A stretch of 64,000 nucleotides of DNA from Tubulanus polymorphus (Eukaryota; Animalia; Nemertea). The stretch's first letter is position 1. Every line of letters begins with the position of its first letter. The notes below the pieces were generated by a model that was not told where the DNA came from, made no database searches, and saw only the letters and a list, made by a program, of their open reading frames with translations. The stretch is from contig NC_134035.1 in the NCBI RefSeq assembly GCF_964204645.1, positions 4,340,001-4,404,000 of the forward strand, read 5' to 3'. Below, piece by piece: positions 26,329-38,930 of this stretch. The position numbers and the translations under genes were made by a program.

Positions 26329-27654
26329 CTAAAGCGAAGTCTCGATCATCGATGATCTCGTAGTCGTAGTCGTAGTCGTACCCGTTACACCGCAGTTTAA
26401 AGTCGTCAACGTTAACACGCGCGGTTTCGTTTCCGTCGAAACGTCCGTCGCATTCGCATTGTTCGCCGTCGCGTCGACGTTCCGCGACGAAGCCAGCGGC
26501 GATTTACTGTCGCCTCGATTGTTGTTGGTCGTCCCGTGCGACGTCGTCGAGGCCGCCGTCGGCGTCGGTTTGGACGCCGCGGCCGTGTATTTCGAAAGCA
26601 GACCGCACGACAACGTCTCGACGCACGACCACAGTTCGACGCGATATTGACGCATCATGATCGCGAAGCAGAACGGGTTGAAGACGGACGCGCCGAGCAG
26701 CAGCTCGCCGGCGACCATGTACGCCATCATGACCGTTTTCGAGTCGGTGACGATGCCCGAGTAGTAGATCGGCATCCACACGACCATCGGACCCCAGCAG
26801 ACGAGTTGAACGGTGGCGATCGCGATGACGCCGATCGATATGCGACGCTCGCGCGACCGCCGCTTCACGTTGAAACGCTTGTTCTTCCACGGCGTGCGGT
26901 GCAGCATGGCGATCGTGCCGATGGTGCAGATCAACGTCGACAGCAGCGCCACCATGTCGATGCCGATGATGACGTAGAGGCTGACGCGGCGTTTGCCCGG
27001 CACGATCCAGCTGTAGCTGCAGACGCCGGCCTCGGGGTAGAAGTCGATGCAGCCGAGGTTTGTGAACGGCAGCGCCGACGCGATGGCTGTCACGACGCCC
27101 ATCACCAGTATGATCGCCGCCCACATTGACACCTTCTTGATGTAGACGCGGAATAAATGCGGGCTGAAGTTGCCGAGCACGAGGTACCGAATCACGGCGA
27201 GCATCGTGACGATTGTCGCCGAGAACAGCTGGTAGAAATTGCCGGTGAACGCCATGAACTGGCACATGGCCATGCCGCCGTACCACTTGGCGTGCACCTG
27301 CGACTGTATGATCGACGGATAGACGAACACGGCCTGCAGGAAGTCGGACATCGCGAGCACGCAGATCGATATCGTGCTGCCGTTGCGCGTTTCCTTGCGC
27401 AGCCACAAAATGCGCAATAGCAACACGATCGACAGCCCGTTGCCGAGTATGGCGACGATGCCGAACGTCGTGTTCACGTAGAACAGTTCGCGCTGCACGT
27501 GTACGGGTCGCGCGAGGTCGATCGGAGGACAGCTGCCGGCGACGGAGCCGCCGCGACCGCTGCTCGATTCCGCGATCGAATCGTTCGAATTGCCGTTGAT
27601 TCGAAAATAACTCAACGAATCATTGGTATCGATCATCGTTACGTAATCCGTCAT
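26329..27654 (-). CDS. Intronless class A GPCR, opsin/prostanoid-receptor-like orphan without the retinal lysine (441 aa)
   Basis: ILGNGLS (TM1), LAMSDFL (TM2), WYGGMAMCQF (ECL1, C3.25), MLAVIRY, LPFTNLGCIDFYPEAGVCSYSW (ECL2), VCWGP (TM6), SVFNPFCF (TM7). First ATG at 27654. A strong - strand acceptor at 27980-27981 implies an upstream 5' UTR exon. Confidence 0.9.
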   Translation of the reverse strand: MTDYVTMIDTNDSLSYFRINGNSNDSIAESSSGRGGSVAGSCPPIDLARPVHVQRELFYVNTTFGIVAILGNGLSIVLLLRILWLRKETRNGSTISICVLAMSDFLQAVFVYPSIIQSQVHAKWYGGMAMCQFMAFTGNFYQLFSATIVTMLAVIRYLVLGNFSPHLFRVYIKKVSMWAAIILVMGVVTAIASALPFTNLGCIDFYPEAGVCSYSWIVPGKRRVSLYVIIGIDMVALLSTLICTIGTIAMLHRTPWKNKRFNVKRRSRERRISIGVIAIATVQLVCWGPMVVWMPIYYSGIVTDSKTVMMAYMVAGELLLGASVFNPFCFAIMMRQYRVELWSCVETLSCGLLSKYTAAASKPTPTAASTTSHGTTNNNRGDSKSPLASSRNVDATANNANATDVSTETKPRVLTLTTLNCGVTGTTTTTTTRSSMIETSL

Positions 27655-28355
27655 TTCGCGTATAGTTTTCTTCCACCCGTTTTCTTCCGGAAGTACAGTT
27701 TTTTCTTCCACTCTCTCTCTCCCCGTTCCTCTTCTCCTTTCAGTCTTCTTACACTTCTCGATTCCGAAGTCTACAGTTTACCGAAGTCCTTTCTGGGCTG
27801 ATTGTTTTTTACTCCTCCCCCTCGTCTCGTCGTTTTCGCGTTTCTGGAAACGTGATTTTTACCAATCAGTTATTCGTCGATAGGCGGGTTTTATCGAGAA
27901 CGCGCCTCATTCATCTTTGAAATGTGAATCGGACGGTCTCGTCAATCTCCTGGGCTTCTTCATCAGATTTTCTTCGCGCCTAAGGAAATAAATGAGAAAA
28001 GGAAAAAATGAGATTGTTTGATTAAGGCGTTGGGCGATATTGTTTTACATTCTTATTTCATCAACTGCTTATATTTTTTATTATGATAAGAAAATATGAT
28101 AAGATCCGGTTACTCAAAATCGGCATCGGTTTTTTTCTTTACGGGGTGGGGTCTGATGAAAATAGCGCAGGGAGTTTGTCAACATGTCGATCTTTCACTT
28201 GATCCCTATTTGAATATGAGATATTACACCTACTGATAGTTTTTCTTCCCTTTTCCGTTGAAAGCAATCGCGAAGAAATCGACCTCGACGTAAAGCAGCG
28301 ATGGCGTACGGGTTATTAGGATTATGCGTGTTAAATCGGCCCGAACCGACCGAGA

Positions 28356-28558
28356 GGGCGCAGTGGCCGATTGGTTTAAGCCTCCGGTCACGGGTCCTCG
28401 TCAATCCAGGATTGATAGGTTCAAACGCTGGTGGCGACTGAATTTCTTGGTCGAAGGTACTTCTCTGGTCTCTTCCCCATTGGGAAAAAGAAACATCGAA
28501 CCCCCTTATAATGCCCTGCGTGGCGCTAAGCGGGTTGAGGGCATTTAAAAAAGAAAAT
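28356..28558 (+). mobile_element. tRNA-derived SINE (family A)
   Basis: A-box TGGCCGATTGG, B-box-like GGTTCAAAC, A-rich tail. Confidence 0.6.
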
Positions 28559-29088
28559 TGTTTTAAATCAGCCTGGAACCAGGGACCTGAACGAGTTAAA
28601 TTTGGTCGGTTGAGGGTATGAGGGTATTAAAAAAAAATTATTTTTAAATGGCCCTGAACCAGGGACTGTGTTAATCACTCACTCGTTACTAAACGATTCT
28701 GTGGCAAGTGAGTTAGTTGAGTTTATTCCAGAACTATTTAGCATCATTCACATGCGATAATTTGACGGTATCAAAATTGGGCATTGGCTGATGTTTCTGT
28801 TCAGGGCAAACTAGGCCCGGGCCAAAGAGGTACGAGAGGTATTCGGCACCAGTGCGTAGGATACGAACCTGAGTCATCACGGTATGAAACCCTGCCACAC
28901 TAGACTGAGTGTGCAGCTAAAAGCGTGGATTAAGATGATGTCATTATCGGCCAATCAGGAATCCATGTTTTATTTTAGAGCGAGTTATTTCGTATACAGT
29001 GTATCGGGTGAAATTTGTCTCAGTAATTATACAAGGAGCTATCTGATTGGTGCCACAAGTTTCAGTCTGGTAAACCTGCGCACCCGGT

Positions 29089-29240
29089 CTAGTGTGGCGG
29101 TCTAGTGTGGCGGGGGTTCGTGCTGTGGCTGAGTGTAGGCATACCATCAGGTTCAAATCCCTGCTGGGGGAGGATGGCATTTCCCTGGTTCCTAACTCGG
29201 TACTTGTCAACTGGATAAACGGCACTCAAGTTAATGAATT
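29089..29240 (+). mobile_element. tRNA-derived SINE head (family B)
   Basis: B-box GGTTCAAATCC at 29151; homologous to the array at 56810-57530. Confidence 0.55.
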
Positions 29241-30029
29241 TCATCAAGATCGTTTATTTGCGGAACCTTCTTTTCGCTTTCAATTTCTTGTGAAATTTTT
29301 ACAGCCCCGATGCTGGGTAATTTACTGTGTTAGACTCACTCCTCTTACCTACGAGCAATCCTACGAGCAATCATGATTGCTCATAGCTCTTACTCAGTAT
29401 CGATCAACTCACTACTGAAATTCATCTTTTAATCTTCCCTGATACTCAATAATGCGGTGAAATATTTACAGCTTGTTACCTCTCAAGACTTAAGCCAAAG
29501 AAAACATCCAATTTGCCTTATTTTGCCACTCGTGTTCAACTCGTCTAAAGCTACCGAATAACCCAAGGAGTCGACTGACTTTAGAATCGAGTTGCCGATA
29601 GTTGATGATAATAATGATAATGAAAATAATTATTAATATCATTATTATTGTCATTGTTATTATTATTATTATTACCACGACACCGAGTTTGGCTACGAAC
29701 CAACGCAAAGGCGTAGTCCTTAAAAAGTCACGCTGATCGCTGATATAGGCGATATATACTTCGTATGAAATCGTTCGTCATCGATAAAGATTACGCGTTA
29801 ATCATCGCATTTCGAGCAATAGTGTCATCAGTATTGTTATCATAAACCAGGTTACCCGATGGCCATATACCATAGCGACTCATTTAAATATTTCACAATG
29901 TTTTAATGAAAGTCCCAAATGGGAGCGATGTCTGTTGTTTTATTGCTAATGGAGACGCTCATCTTACAAATACCCATTTGGTAAATTCATCTAGAGTGCT
30001 ACATTTAAATCGGAATGATTTTTTTCATC

Positions 30030-30440
30030 GAACTGTTGAAGTTTGTTGTTGAAGTTTGTTGTGTTGCTGTATCAGTAATAGGCTACGTTTTTTCTGGTCT
30101 CCTGAAGTTCGTTGTAACGAGGTTTCAATGTATCAGTTATAACGAACAGATTTTCTGGTCTCCTGAAGTTTGTTGTAACGAGGTTCCGCTGTATCAGTTA
30201 TAACGAACAGATTTTCTGGTCTCCTGAAGTTCGTCTAAACGAGGTTCCGCTGTATCAGTTATAACGAACAGATTTTCTGGTCTCCTGAAGTTCGTTGTAA
30301 CGAGGTTCCGCTGTATCAGTTATGACGAACAGATTTTCTGGTCTCCTGAAGTTCGTTGTAACGAGGTTCCGCTTTATCAGTTATAACGAACAGATTTTCT
30401 GGTCTCCTGAAGTTCGTCGTAACGAGCTTCCATTGTATCT
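30030..30440 (-). repeat. 61-bp satellite array (about 6 units)
   Basis: Reverse complement of tgatacagcggaacctcgttacaacgaacttcaggagaccagaaaatctgttcgttataac. Confidence 0.93.
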
Positions 30441-31121
30441 GTGATTCTACTTTACAACGTCCCCTGTTTACCGATGAAGCGTAGGAGATGAATTCGGTTG
30501 ACATTTTTTTTTATCAGGCCATGTAATTGAATAACTATTGTAAATCTCTTTTGGACATTGATTCCGTCGTTGTTGGTAAATTAACAGGTTATTCCCATCC
30601 GATCTATTCGCCTGAGTAAGTACCGGTAGCCGGCCGCATTCTGGTGTTCTGCTCTCTCGACTTCTTTTTCGGCCCATTTTTTCCCCGATTAATCTTGAAG
30701 CTGATTGACTTTAGTGGTTCTTATCTGATGAATACGTATTGTGGTGACTTTTATGCGACAATATTTTTTATATCCGCTGTAGATTCGTTCTGATAAGTCG
30801 TGCGTAGGTTAATAGGGATTCATTGTTAAAAATCTTGGTTTCATTAAACGCGTTGCTTTCAACTATCTCTGCTTTGAAGAAACAGTCACTTTTTATACAG
30901 TCACGGTATTGGCGTCGAGCGGATACAGTCTGATGAACAAAATTACCGTATTTTCGAAAAGCGTTTCGAAAACGGCTCAAAGGTTGAAACCTCACAGAAA
31001 GGATACGCGATCCTGAAGAAAAAACTAGAGAAGAATTGGAAGTTACAACTCAATTCGATATTCGCGAGTTTTTTTTCGAAATGTCTGATACAATTGAGTC
31101 GAAATGTCGCTACTATTGAGC

Positions 31122-31402
31122 GAGCGGTGTGGGCGAGTGGTTAACTCTGGGAAGCCAGGTCGTGCGTTCGAAACCCCCATACTTTACCGTAGGGTCCTCG
31201 GGCAAGACACATTCTCATATCCTCTCTCCACCCAGGAGTAAATGAGTACCTGGTCTGATAGATGTCTCCTGAGCGCCTCCATCAGCTGCTCGGGTGTTTC
31301 TTCTCCCTAGGGAGAGATGACTGATAAATGCTTATAGCTATAGGCTGGGGGTAGTAATACCAAATTTGGAGCGCATTTGTCGCACTGTTTCTAGTTTGGA
31401 TA
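31122..31402 (+). mobile_element. tRNA-derived SINE (family C, CORE-like central region)
   Basis: TGGGCGAGTGG A-box, GTTCGAAAC B-box, gtcctcgggcaag and ccacccaggagtaaatgagtacc; colinear with 51975-52262. A degraded relative lies on - at about 36400-36570. Confidence 0.8.
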
Positions 31403-33122
31403 CCTGACCTAAATGGCAATCGTTATAACTTTTTTAGTTTTTCTTCACGATTGCAGATTTTTTCCCTCAAATGATTTACGGACGATCGCTTGTTTTGAAT
31501 GTAAACCAGCCAGCCCATAAAAGACGAATCGGTTTTCCAGCAGTCGGGATTATGACTACCCTCCGTGTCTGCTGAGAAAAGAGAGTATAAATCTTTCTTT
31601 ACGAAATTCGTCTCAATCGATAGCGATACATCTGCACATGTCAAACTGTGATTAGGTATACGCAGAAATTCACGTGACGTATATGAATAATGGGTATTCT
31701 ACGAAAAATGTCAACGGTGTTTGTTCGAAATGACGCGCGTCTGTCATACGCGAAGTATGTATGCCTGCGCGCACTCATCTTATCATACGGTAAAACTCTT
31801 TCCAGTGGTCGGAACTGATAACCAAACGCGCTGTAGTTTGGTCGTAATGTATTTCACGGTGTCGGCCATCTTGGAACTGGAACTATTTCCGGACCATAGT
31901 TCCGAACTAACTGACATTCGGTTTCGACTATGTCTAAAACCGACGTTCCCCGTGTCGGAGGGTATATGCTATACAGCGTGATGGGGCTGAGGCTAATTTC
32001 GCTAATTGCCATTCAATAAGCTGTCATTTCAAGAACGTTCAATGGAATTACTTCCAACCGACACGACGATATTAACAAAGTTCTCAATTTTGTCCCTTCC
32101 AACTTCGAATGGATCGAGCATCGGCATAAGCTAAAAAGTCTGGGTCAGACCAATTGAGGCCAAAATAACTTGGACCAAAAAGACCAGTCCAGCTCTGTTC
32201 GAAAGTTTAGAACATACCCTTTCTCTGTGCCAAATTTGGCCTGGAACAACTGTTCACATAGGTGCCAAATAGGCCTGAGCCTAATCGACTCTGTGTCGTC
32301 GTGGCTTATGACAATATGCGTTTAGCTGGACCAGCGATAACGGCTGATTTAAAAACATCTATAGGCACACAGCATTGATTTGGTCCGTCCTGAAATTGTT
32401 CGTTGCAGGTACGGACCAAATTTTGAATGCAAGTACCGATGATAGTGTGATAGTATATATGGCATGCGAACATCGTGAGATTAATCTGAGATCTATGATC
32501 TTTCGGGCAAAGATAATGAAAAATTTCATACACGAATGAAGTGACGTGAAAGTTATTTTCTTCCGGAGAGGGATGTTATAACCTTTGTTCGACGATTAAT
32601 TCCTGGCTGAGGTGTACAGGTTATCCTCGTAAAACCCACAAGAGCTTAACCGCTATTTTAGCTCGGCCCCTGGGCTAGCTTTCCTACTATTTAGCTAACC
32701 TCGAGGTGAAACACAGTAAAGATTAAGCAAACCCTCGGGGAGCTTACACACCAGGTGATATGTTACCGTAGATAAGGCTGTGCAGTTATTAACAGCGATC
32801 ACAGAAAGACAATTTGGCCTGGGCCAGATTGGCACGGATAATGTCAAATTTGGCTCATTGTGATCACAAGGAGACGGATTTGGCCCGGGTTAGACTTGCC
32901 CAGACTGGGCCTGATCTTATTTGGCATGTGCCTAATGAGAGTAATAGCCGTGATCACACTGAGACGATTTGGTGCGGCAAGTAAACCATTCACTCATTGC
33001 TATGGCAAATGAGGTAAGTCGCTTCAAGAACCAGTAAGCATTCATACGCGATAATTTGACCAGTGCTGAAATTTGGCACTTGGCTGATCTGATGTTTTTG
33101 GTCAGGGCCAAATTTGGCCACT

Positions 33123-33495
33123 GATAACTGATACAGTGGAAACTCGTCACAACAAACTTCTGGGCCGGTTTTAGAGACTGGTATTAACTTCAACCCGGGG
33201 CTAACTTAATTAATTTTCAATTGAGTTAACCCCCGGGTTGAAGATGATACCAGTCTATAAAACCGGACCCTGGAGATCAGAAAATATGTTCGGTATAACT
33301 GATACAGCGGAACTTCACTATAACCAGGCAGGTTCACCTCCCTGGAATAACAAACTTCAAGAGACCAGAAAATCTGTTCGTTATAACTGATACAGCGGAA
33401 CCTCATTACAACGAACTTCAGGTGACAAGATTATCTGTTTGTTATAACTGATACAGTGGAACCATGTTACAACGAACTTCAGGAAATAGAAAACC
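33123..33495 (+). repeat. 61-bp satellite array interrupted by a palindromic MITE (33162-33270)
   Basis: Satellite units flank gggccggtttt...aaaaccggaccc. Confidence 0.85.
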
Positions 33496-34249
33496 TGGTT
33501 TCATAGTCAAATTCTTCCAACTAGTTGTTTTTGGTTGGGGCCAAATTTGTCCCGTGTCTTGAATGGGCACGTTTGGCTTTGAACTGCCATCCCGGGTCAA
33601 ATTAAACACAGATGAAAAACGATTGCGGCATTTGGTCTACTCTACTTTGTTTTTGCGTATCGCGCCCTCGCCGAGCCTCAAGCTAAGCATTATGAAACTT
33701 TGCCGAATACTTTCCTCGCTAATTAGAAGCAATAAACGCTGAACGCAACCGAACGTGGTCTACGCCGAATAAAGCTAGTTTATGTGACACGTAATACATC
33801 CAGCCGTTTGGCAATCAACTCCTCTATCGGCTCAGGAGCGCCAGACGGACTTTTATCATAGCGTGCGAGCATACGAAAAATAACTCTTTTTCCGCCCGCG
33901 AATATGATCGTAATTCATCGCGACAGATTCTGTATTATCCGCAACATCGAGGCGCGTCGTTAAACAAGGGAATGGACGTCTTGAAAGGGAAAGATCGTCG
34001 CGTCTCTCGGTATTTCTGTCAGTACTCCCGATATGTCAGTCGATTCGACGCAAATTGATGGTAGAAATGACGTCAGAATTTGTTATGAATAGACATGTAT
34101 AGAAGTTTCCATGCCGGATCACAACACGCTACTCAACAGCGGTGACACATGACGTCTCCCGGAAGACTTCTTTCCAGCATTGTACGCAATGATGACTTAA
34201 TGACTGACTATGTTGAACATTCATCCCAAATAAGATCAAATACGATCTG

Positions 34250-34455
34250 ATGTCTGTATCTACCATGCACCCTCTCTGACAATCCGCTGTCTGTACCATG
34301 CACCCTTTCAGACAATCCGCTGTCCACCCTGCTCCCTCTCAGACAATCTGCTGTCCACCCTGCTCCCTCTCAGACAATCTGCTGTCCACCCTGCTCCCTC
34401 TCAGACAATCTGCTGTCCACCCTGCTCCCTCTCAGACAATCTGATGTCTGTACCC
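34250..34455 (+). repeat. ~30-bp minisatellite
   Basis: Unit ctctcagacaatctgctgtccaccctgctcc. Confidence 0.9.
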
Positions 34456-35049
34456 TGTATATACCTTTAACTTTAGAAAGTCTTTAACAGTCGGAGAATT
34501 TTGTGAAATATATATATATATAATATTCAAACAGTTTCCGTCTATGTCTTACGTATTTGACTGTGTTAGTAGATTCAAGTCAGGGAAAACAACGTGCATG
34601 TCAGGGAATTAGACAGGGATAAGTCTGGGCAGAAGCAAGTCAAATTCTAGTGGTCACCTTGGTAGATTTCTCGGCATCTTGTGTGAATTTTTCTGCCTGC
34701 CGATGTTCTTAATCGACTCACTGAAAACCAAAATCGACAATGGCGAATGATCTAAGTCAATCTTCGTAGTGGAACTATGAATAGATCAGTGGATCGTGAC
34801 ACTTTCTTCAATTCGAATCCTTTCTTTATCGTCCGCGTGAGTTTATCTCATGTTTGCGTTTATGACGGCGGCGACGGCGACGGAAATTCATGCGTGGGCA
34901 ATTTAATCAGACAAGAAAGAAAACCGTTTTAATCAATTTAAACCTCGTTCGTGCGTGAAGCCTCTTATGAAATCGGTTTTAGTCATAAAGTATATGGCTC
35001 CACGTGCAGTTGTGATTGCTGCTAGATTCACCTGTTCTCTGAAGGGTAG

Positions 35050-35395
35050 ACATGTGCGGTGGCCATTGACAGGTGTGTCGGCCATTGACATGCGATGTGG
35101 CCATTGATGCGTGTGGCCATTGACGTGTGATGTGGCCATTGATGCGTGTGGTGGCCACTGACATGTGTGGTGAGCGGTGGCCACTAACAGGTGTGTCTGC
35201 CACTGGCAGGTGTGTCCGCCACTGACATGCGATGTGGCCATTGATGCGTGCAGTTGCCACTGACGTGAACGGTGGCCACTTATGTTGTTGCTGGCGACTG
35301 ACAGATGCGGTGGCCACTGGTGTCTGATGTGGCCACCGATGGGTGTGGCAGTCACTAACAGGGTGGTGGCCACTGTCTGGTGCGGTGACCACTGA
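35050..35395 (+). repeat. Degenerate gtggcca(c/t)tga minisatellite
   Basis: Repeated gtggccactgac / gtggccattga cores. Confidence 0.88.
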
Positions 35396-35884
35396 GTTTC
35401 ATTTCTATATCTCTATGTATCTTGTGTTCAATGTAAAATGTATTGAATTGGCTGTAGATTTTTGATTCGATTTGGATCTTTTCAACCCATTCATTCGTAC
35501 ACTGATCGACTCATATCGGACTCCTGAGGACCGTGCATAGCCTGCAAAATAATGGGTCTTTCAAATTATGTATATTGTCAATAAAATCAGCAGATAGAAT
35601 GCATCATTGTATAGAAACGAAACTGTTTGTTCGTTGATGAAATTGGTCTGCACGCGTTGCTGCACGATTTCAAGCACCGCATTGTTGTGGATTCCTGTCG
35701 CTGATTCTGACATGTGTATCGCGCGTTGTTCATTTGACGGGATTCCAAGTAATTAATAATCCGAAAACTTCAATAATGTTTGTTTTTCTCACACAATAGA
35801 TATTTCACTTTCAGGTTAGTGCGATGTATTCGCATTGCAGCTAGTGTTCGTGTCCCCTGATCCTATATCTCTAACTATCTATAA

Positions 35885-36150
35885 CCACGTCTACACTAGC
35901 GTGTTGTACCCGGGGAAACCCGCATTCGCGGTGAGTAGCGTCTAGACTTAACGAGAGTGTGAATCAAAATCTGTATTGCAAGTTCGAGGTCAACTGTGGT
36001 GCCCGAATGCTGCTTTGAACACGGGTTCAAGTTTTACGCGAATGCAGGTTTTTCTAAAACCCGGGCTCTGCGGAAAACTCAACAATGAATCCGTGTTTCG
36101 AGCGTAGCGGAGACGCATAACCCGGGTACAAAATGCTAGTGTAGACATAG
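35885..36150. mobile_element. PIF/Harbinger-like MITE
   Basis: TIRs gtctacactagcgtgttgtacccggg / cccgggtacaaaatgctagtgtagac; related relics near 21060-21300 and 37270. Confidence 0.7.
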
Positions 36151-37949
36151 CTTCTGGATCTAGGATAGAAGTGACATCCAAGCTACGATACTTGGATCTC
36201 AGGAATCGGGTTCGTGTTTTCACGCACAATAGGTATTTCGCTGGCAGGTTAGTGCGAAGTATTCGCATTGCAGCCATTGCAGCCTTTGTAGCGCAAGAAT
36301 CCGATACAATACAGTTGTCTTCCTTCTCAGTATTATTACCACTGATTGTATATCAGTGAATTACTATATCTCTCCGCGGGTAGAAGTGAGAGAAGTGAGT
36401 GACAAGCGATACAACTCGGACCAGGAGTCAGTTCACGTACCCATATTTACTTTTGGGTGTAGAGACGGAGACTAAAGGCAATGGGGATAAGTATTTTGCG
36501 CAGGGATGCAACAGTACCGAACCCATGACCCGGTTGTTTTTAGCGGTCATCCACACGGTTCCACTAGTGCACTAGTATCTTATCAATGGATGCAGAGGCA
36601 ATGAGGAGCACTGAATCCGCGGCCTGGTATCCCGCAGTCAATTATCTAACCATATCCTCGATATATTGTTATATCGTATTCTTTACTTTGTGTTTACCAG
36701 CGGTCAAGCTGTAACTTACGTTAAAGTGATCTGGACGTCACTCGAAGAAGAAACTCCGTATTCTGCGTTTAGAAGAATTGTAATGGTCTTGTCGGGAACA
36801 GACCCTGAAAACCCTTTATATACACGTAGTACCCTTCTACGAGTCCCTTTATCATCATTCGTCGTATTTGTATTACGAAAACTAAGCGAGGGGCGTTTCT
36901 GCAAAAAACGTCTTATGTCGCCGATGAATATTGCGTTCCGTCATGTCGGTTCCGATTCCGCTGAGAGTCCGTTTCCGCCTTCGGCCATCTTTTCCGACAA
37001 GACGAACAACGCGAAGATGCCAAACAGAAAATGAGTGGTTCAAAGATTTTTCAAAGAATATCCGCAGGATGTACTGGGATTAAACTGACGACATGTTTAC
37101 TTACATGCGTCAGAAGTAGGTGGACGAATTTCATCTTTTTATCGCAGGGTTGTTAGTCGACTAGGCAGCCGCTGGGTATGGTGTGCGCACCTACATCGAA
37201 CGTGCTAAAACTGTCTCGTGTTCACGTCGAATGATATCGATTCTTCAAACGTTGACTTCCGTTTAAGCTAGACGTCTACGCGAGCTCGTTGAACCCGGGT
37301 TTCGATGCATGTTCGCGGCGAGTAGCGTTTATACTTTACTCAGCGTGGTAGCACAAATCCACGATCACGCTCGTTAGCGTTCACCGGCGTAAACTGCTGC
37401 TGTTGCCCGTTGTCCAAAACTCTCTCCCAATTTGTACGTGAATTCTTGGCAAACAAAGGGTTAAACAATCATCTCGTAGCTAACTACTCGTCTGCAAGAC
37501 TAATTGAGTGAAACAGTCCGATCGGAATTCCAATCATCGGGGATCGCGAATAAATAAAACGTCGATCCTCGAAATCTCCGTTTGTTCGGCACGCCGCGAG
37601 TCGTTCAATCTCGCGGAATCTACGAGCGACCGCTCCGAACACCGCTGTTGGAATAGAGCCGCGATTTTCATCTTCCGATGAACTTTTCATCGACGATAGG
37701 CAAACAATTACGAGGACGAAGTTGAAATCGATGTAAACGTCGTAATTCTACGAATGAGCTCTGCTTACTTTATACATTTCATCAGCGCTGATTACAGGAT
37801 TTTATTAAGTCTAGACAGGGATTTGAAGATTGTGGTTTACCCTATCCAGCGCAGTTGGAATTGTTCAGCGAGGAAAGTTGGAAATCATGGGTGAAAGATG
37901 GATTCGGCTACGATTATTGTCGCAAATGAATTTTTCTCGCCAATCTTTT

Positions 37950-38930
37950 CGTTATAACTGGTCCAACGGAACCACGTTGCAACGAAGAACTTCAGAAGAC
38001 CAGAAAATCTGTTTGTTGTAACTGATACAGCGGAACCTCCTTACAACGAACTTCAGGAGACCAGAAAATCTTCATTATAACTGATACAACGGAACCATGT
38101 TGCAACGAAGAACTTCAGAAGACCAGAAAATCTGTTTGTTGTAACTGATACAGCGGAACCTCGTTACAACAAACTTCAGGAGACCAGAAAAATCTGTTCA
38201 TTATAACTGATACAGCGGAACCTCATTACAACAAACTTCAGGAGACCAGAAAATCTGTTCGTTATAACTGATAAAGCGGAACCTCGTTACAACGAACTTC
38301 AGGAGACCAGAAAATCTGTTTGTTATAACTGATACAGCGGAACCTCGTTACAACAAACTTCAGGAGACCAGAAAAATCTGTTCATTATAACTGATACAGC
38401 GGAACCTCATTACAACAAACTTCAGGAGACCAGAAAATCTGTTCGTTATAACTGATAAAGCGGAACCTCGTTACAACGAACTTCAGGAGACCAGAAAATC
38501 TGTTCGTTATAACTGATACAGCGGAACCTCGTTACAACGAACTTCAGGAGACTAGAAAATCTGTTCGTCATAACTGATACAGAGGAACCTTGTTACAACG
38601 AACCTCAGGAGACCAGAAAATCTGTTCATTATAACTGATGCAGCGGAACCTCATTACAACAAACTTCAGGAGACAGGAAAATCTGTTTGTTATAACTGAT
38701 ACAGCGGAACCTCGTTACAACGAACTTCAGGAGACCAGAAAATCTGTTCATTATCACTGATACAGTGGAACCTCGTTACAACGAACTTCAGGAGACCAGA
38801 AAATCTGTTCATTATCACTGATACAGTGGAACCACGTTACAACGAACTTCACGAGACAGGAAAATCTGTTTGTTATAACTGATACAGCGGAACCTCATTA
38901 CAATGAAAGAATACCAGAAAATCTGTTTTT
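37950..38930 (+). repeat. 61-bp satellite array (about 16 units)
   Basis: Head-to-tail copies of the 61-bp unit. Confidence 0.96.

Noticed and set aside
26329-27654. Opsin call
   Set aside because: No Lys at the K296-equivalent position.
26459-27801. Overlapping and antisense ORFs (300 aa, 197 aa and others) over the GPCR; likewise 10260-10882
   Set aside because: Shadow frames caused by high GC at third codon positions.
36716-36992. Minus-strand MAEGG... reading ending at gtaagt
   Set aside because: In-frame TGA after 15 codons and no recognisable domain; possibly a decayed transposon gene but unsupported.
37950-38930. CRISPR-like array
   Set aside because: Head-to-tail units with no unique spacers, no cas genes, eukaryotic context.
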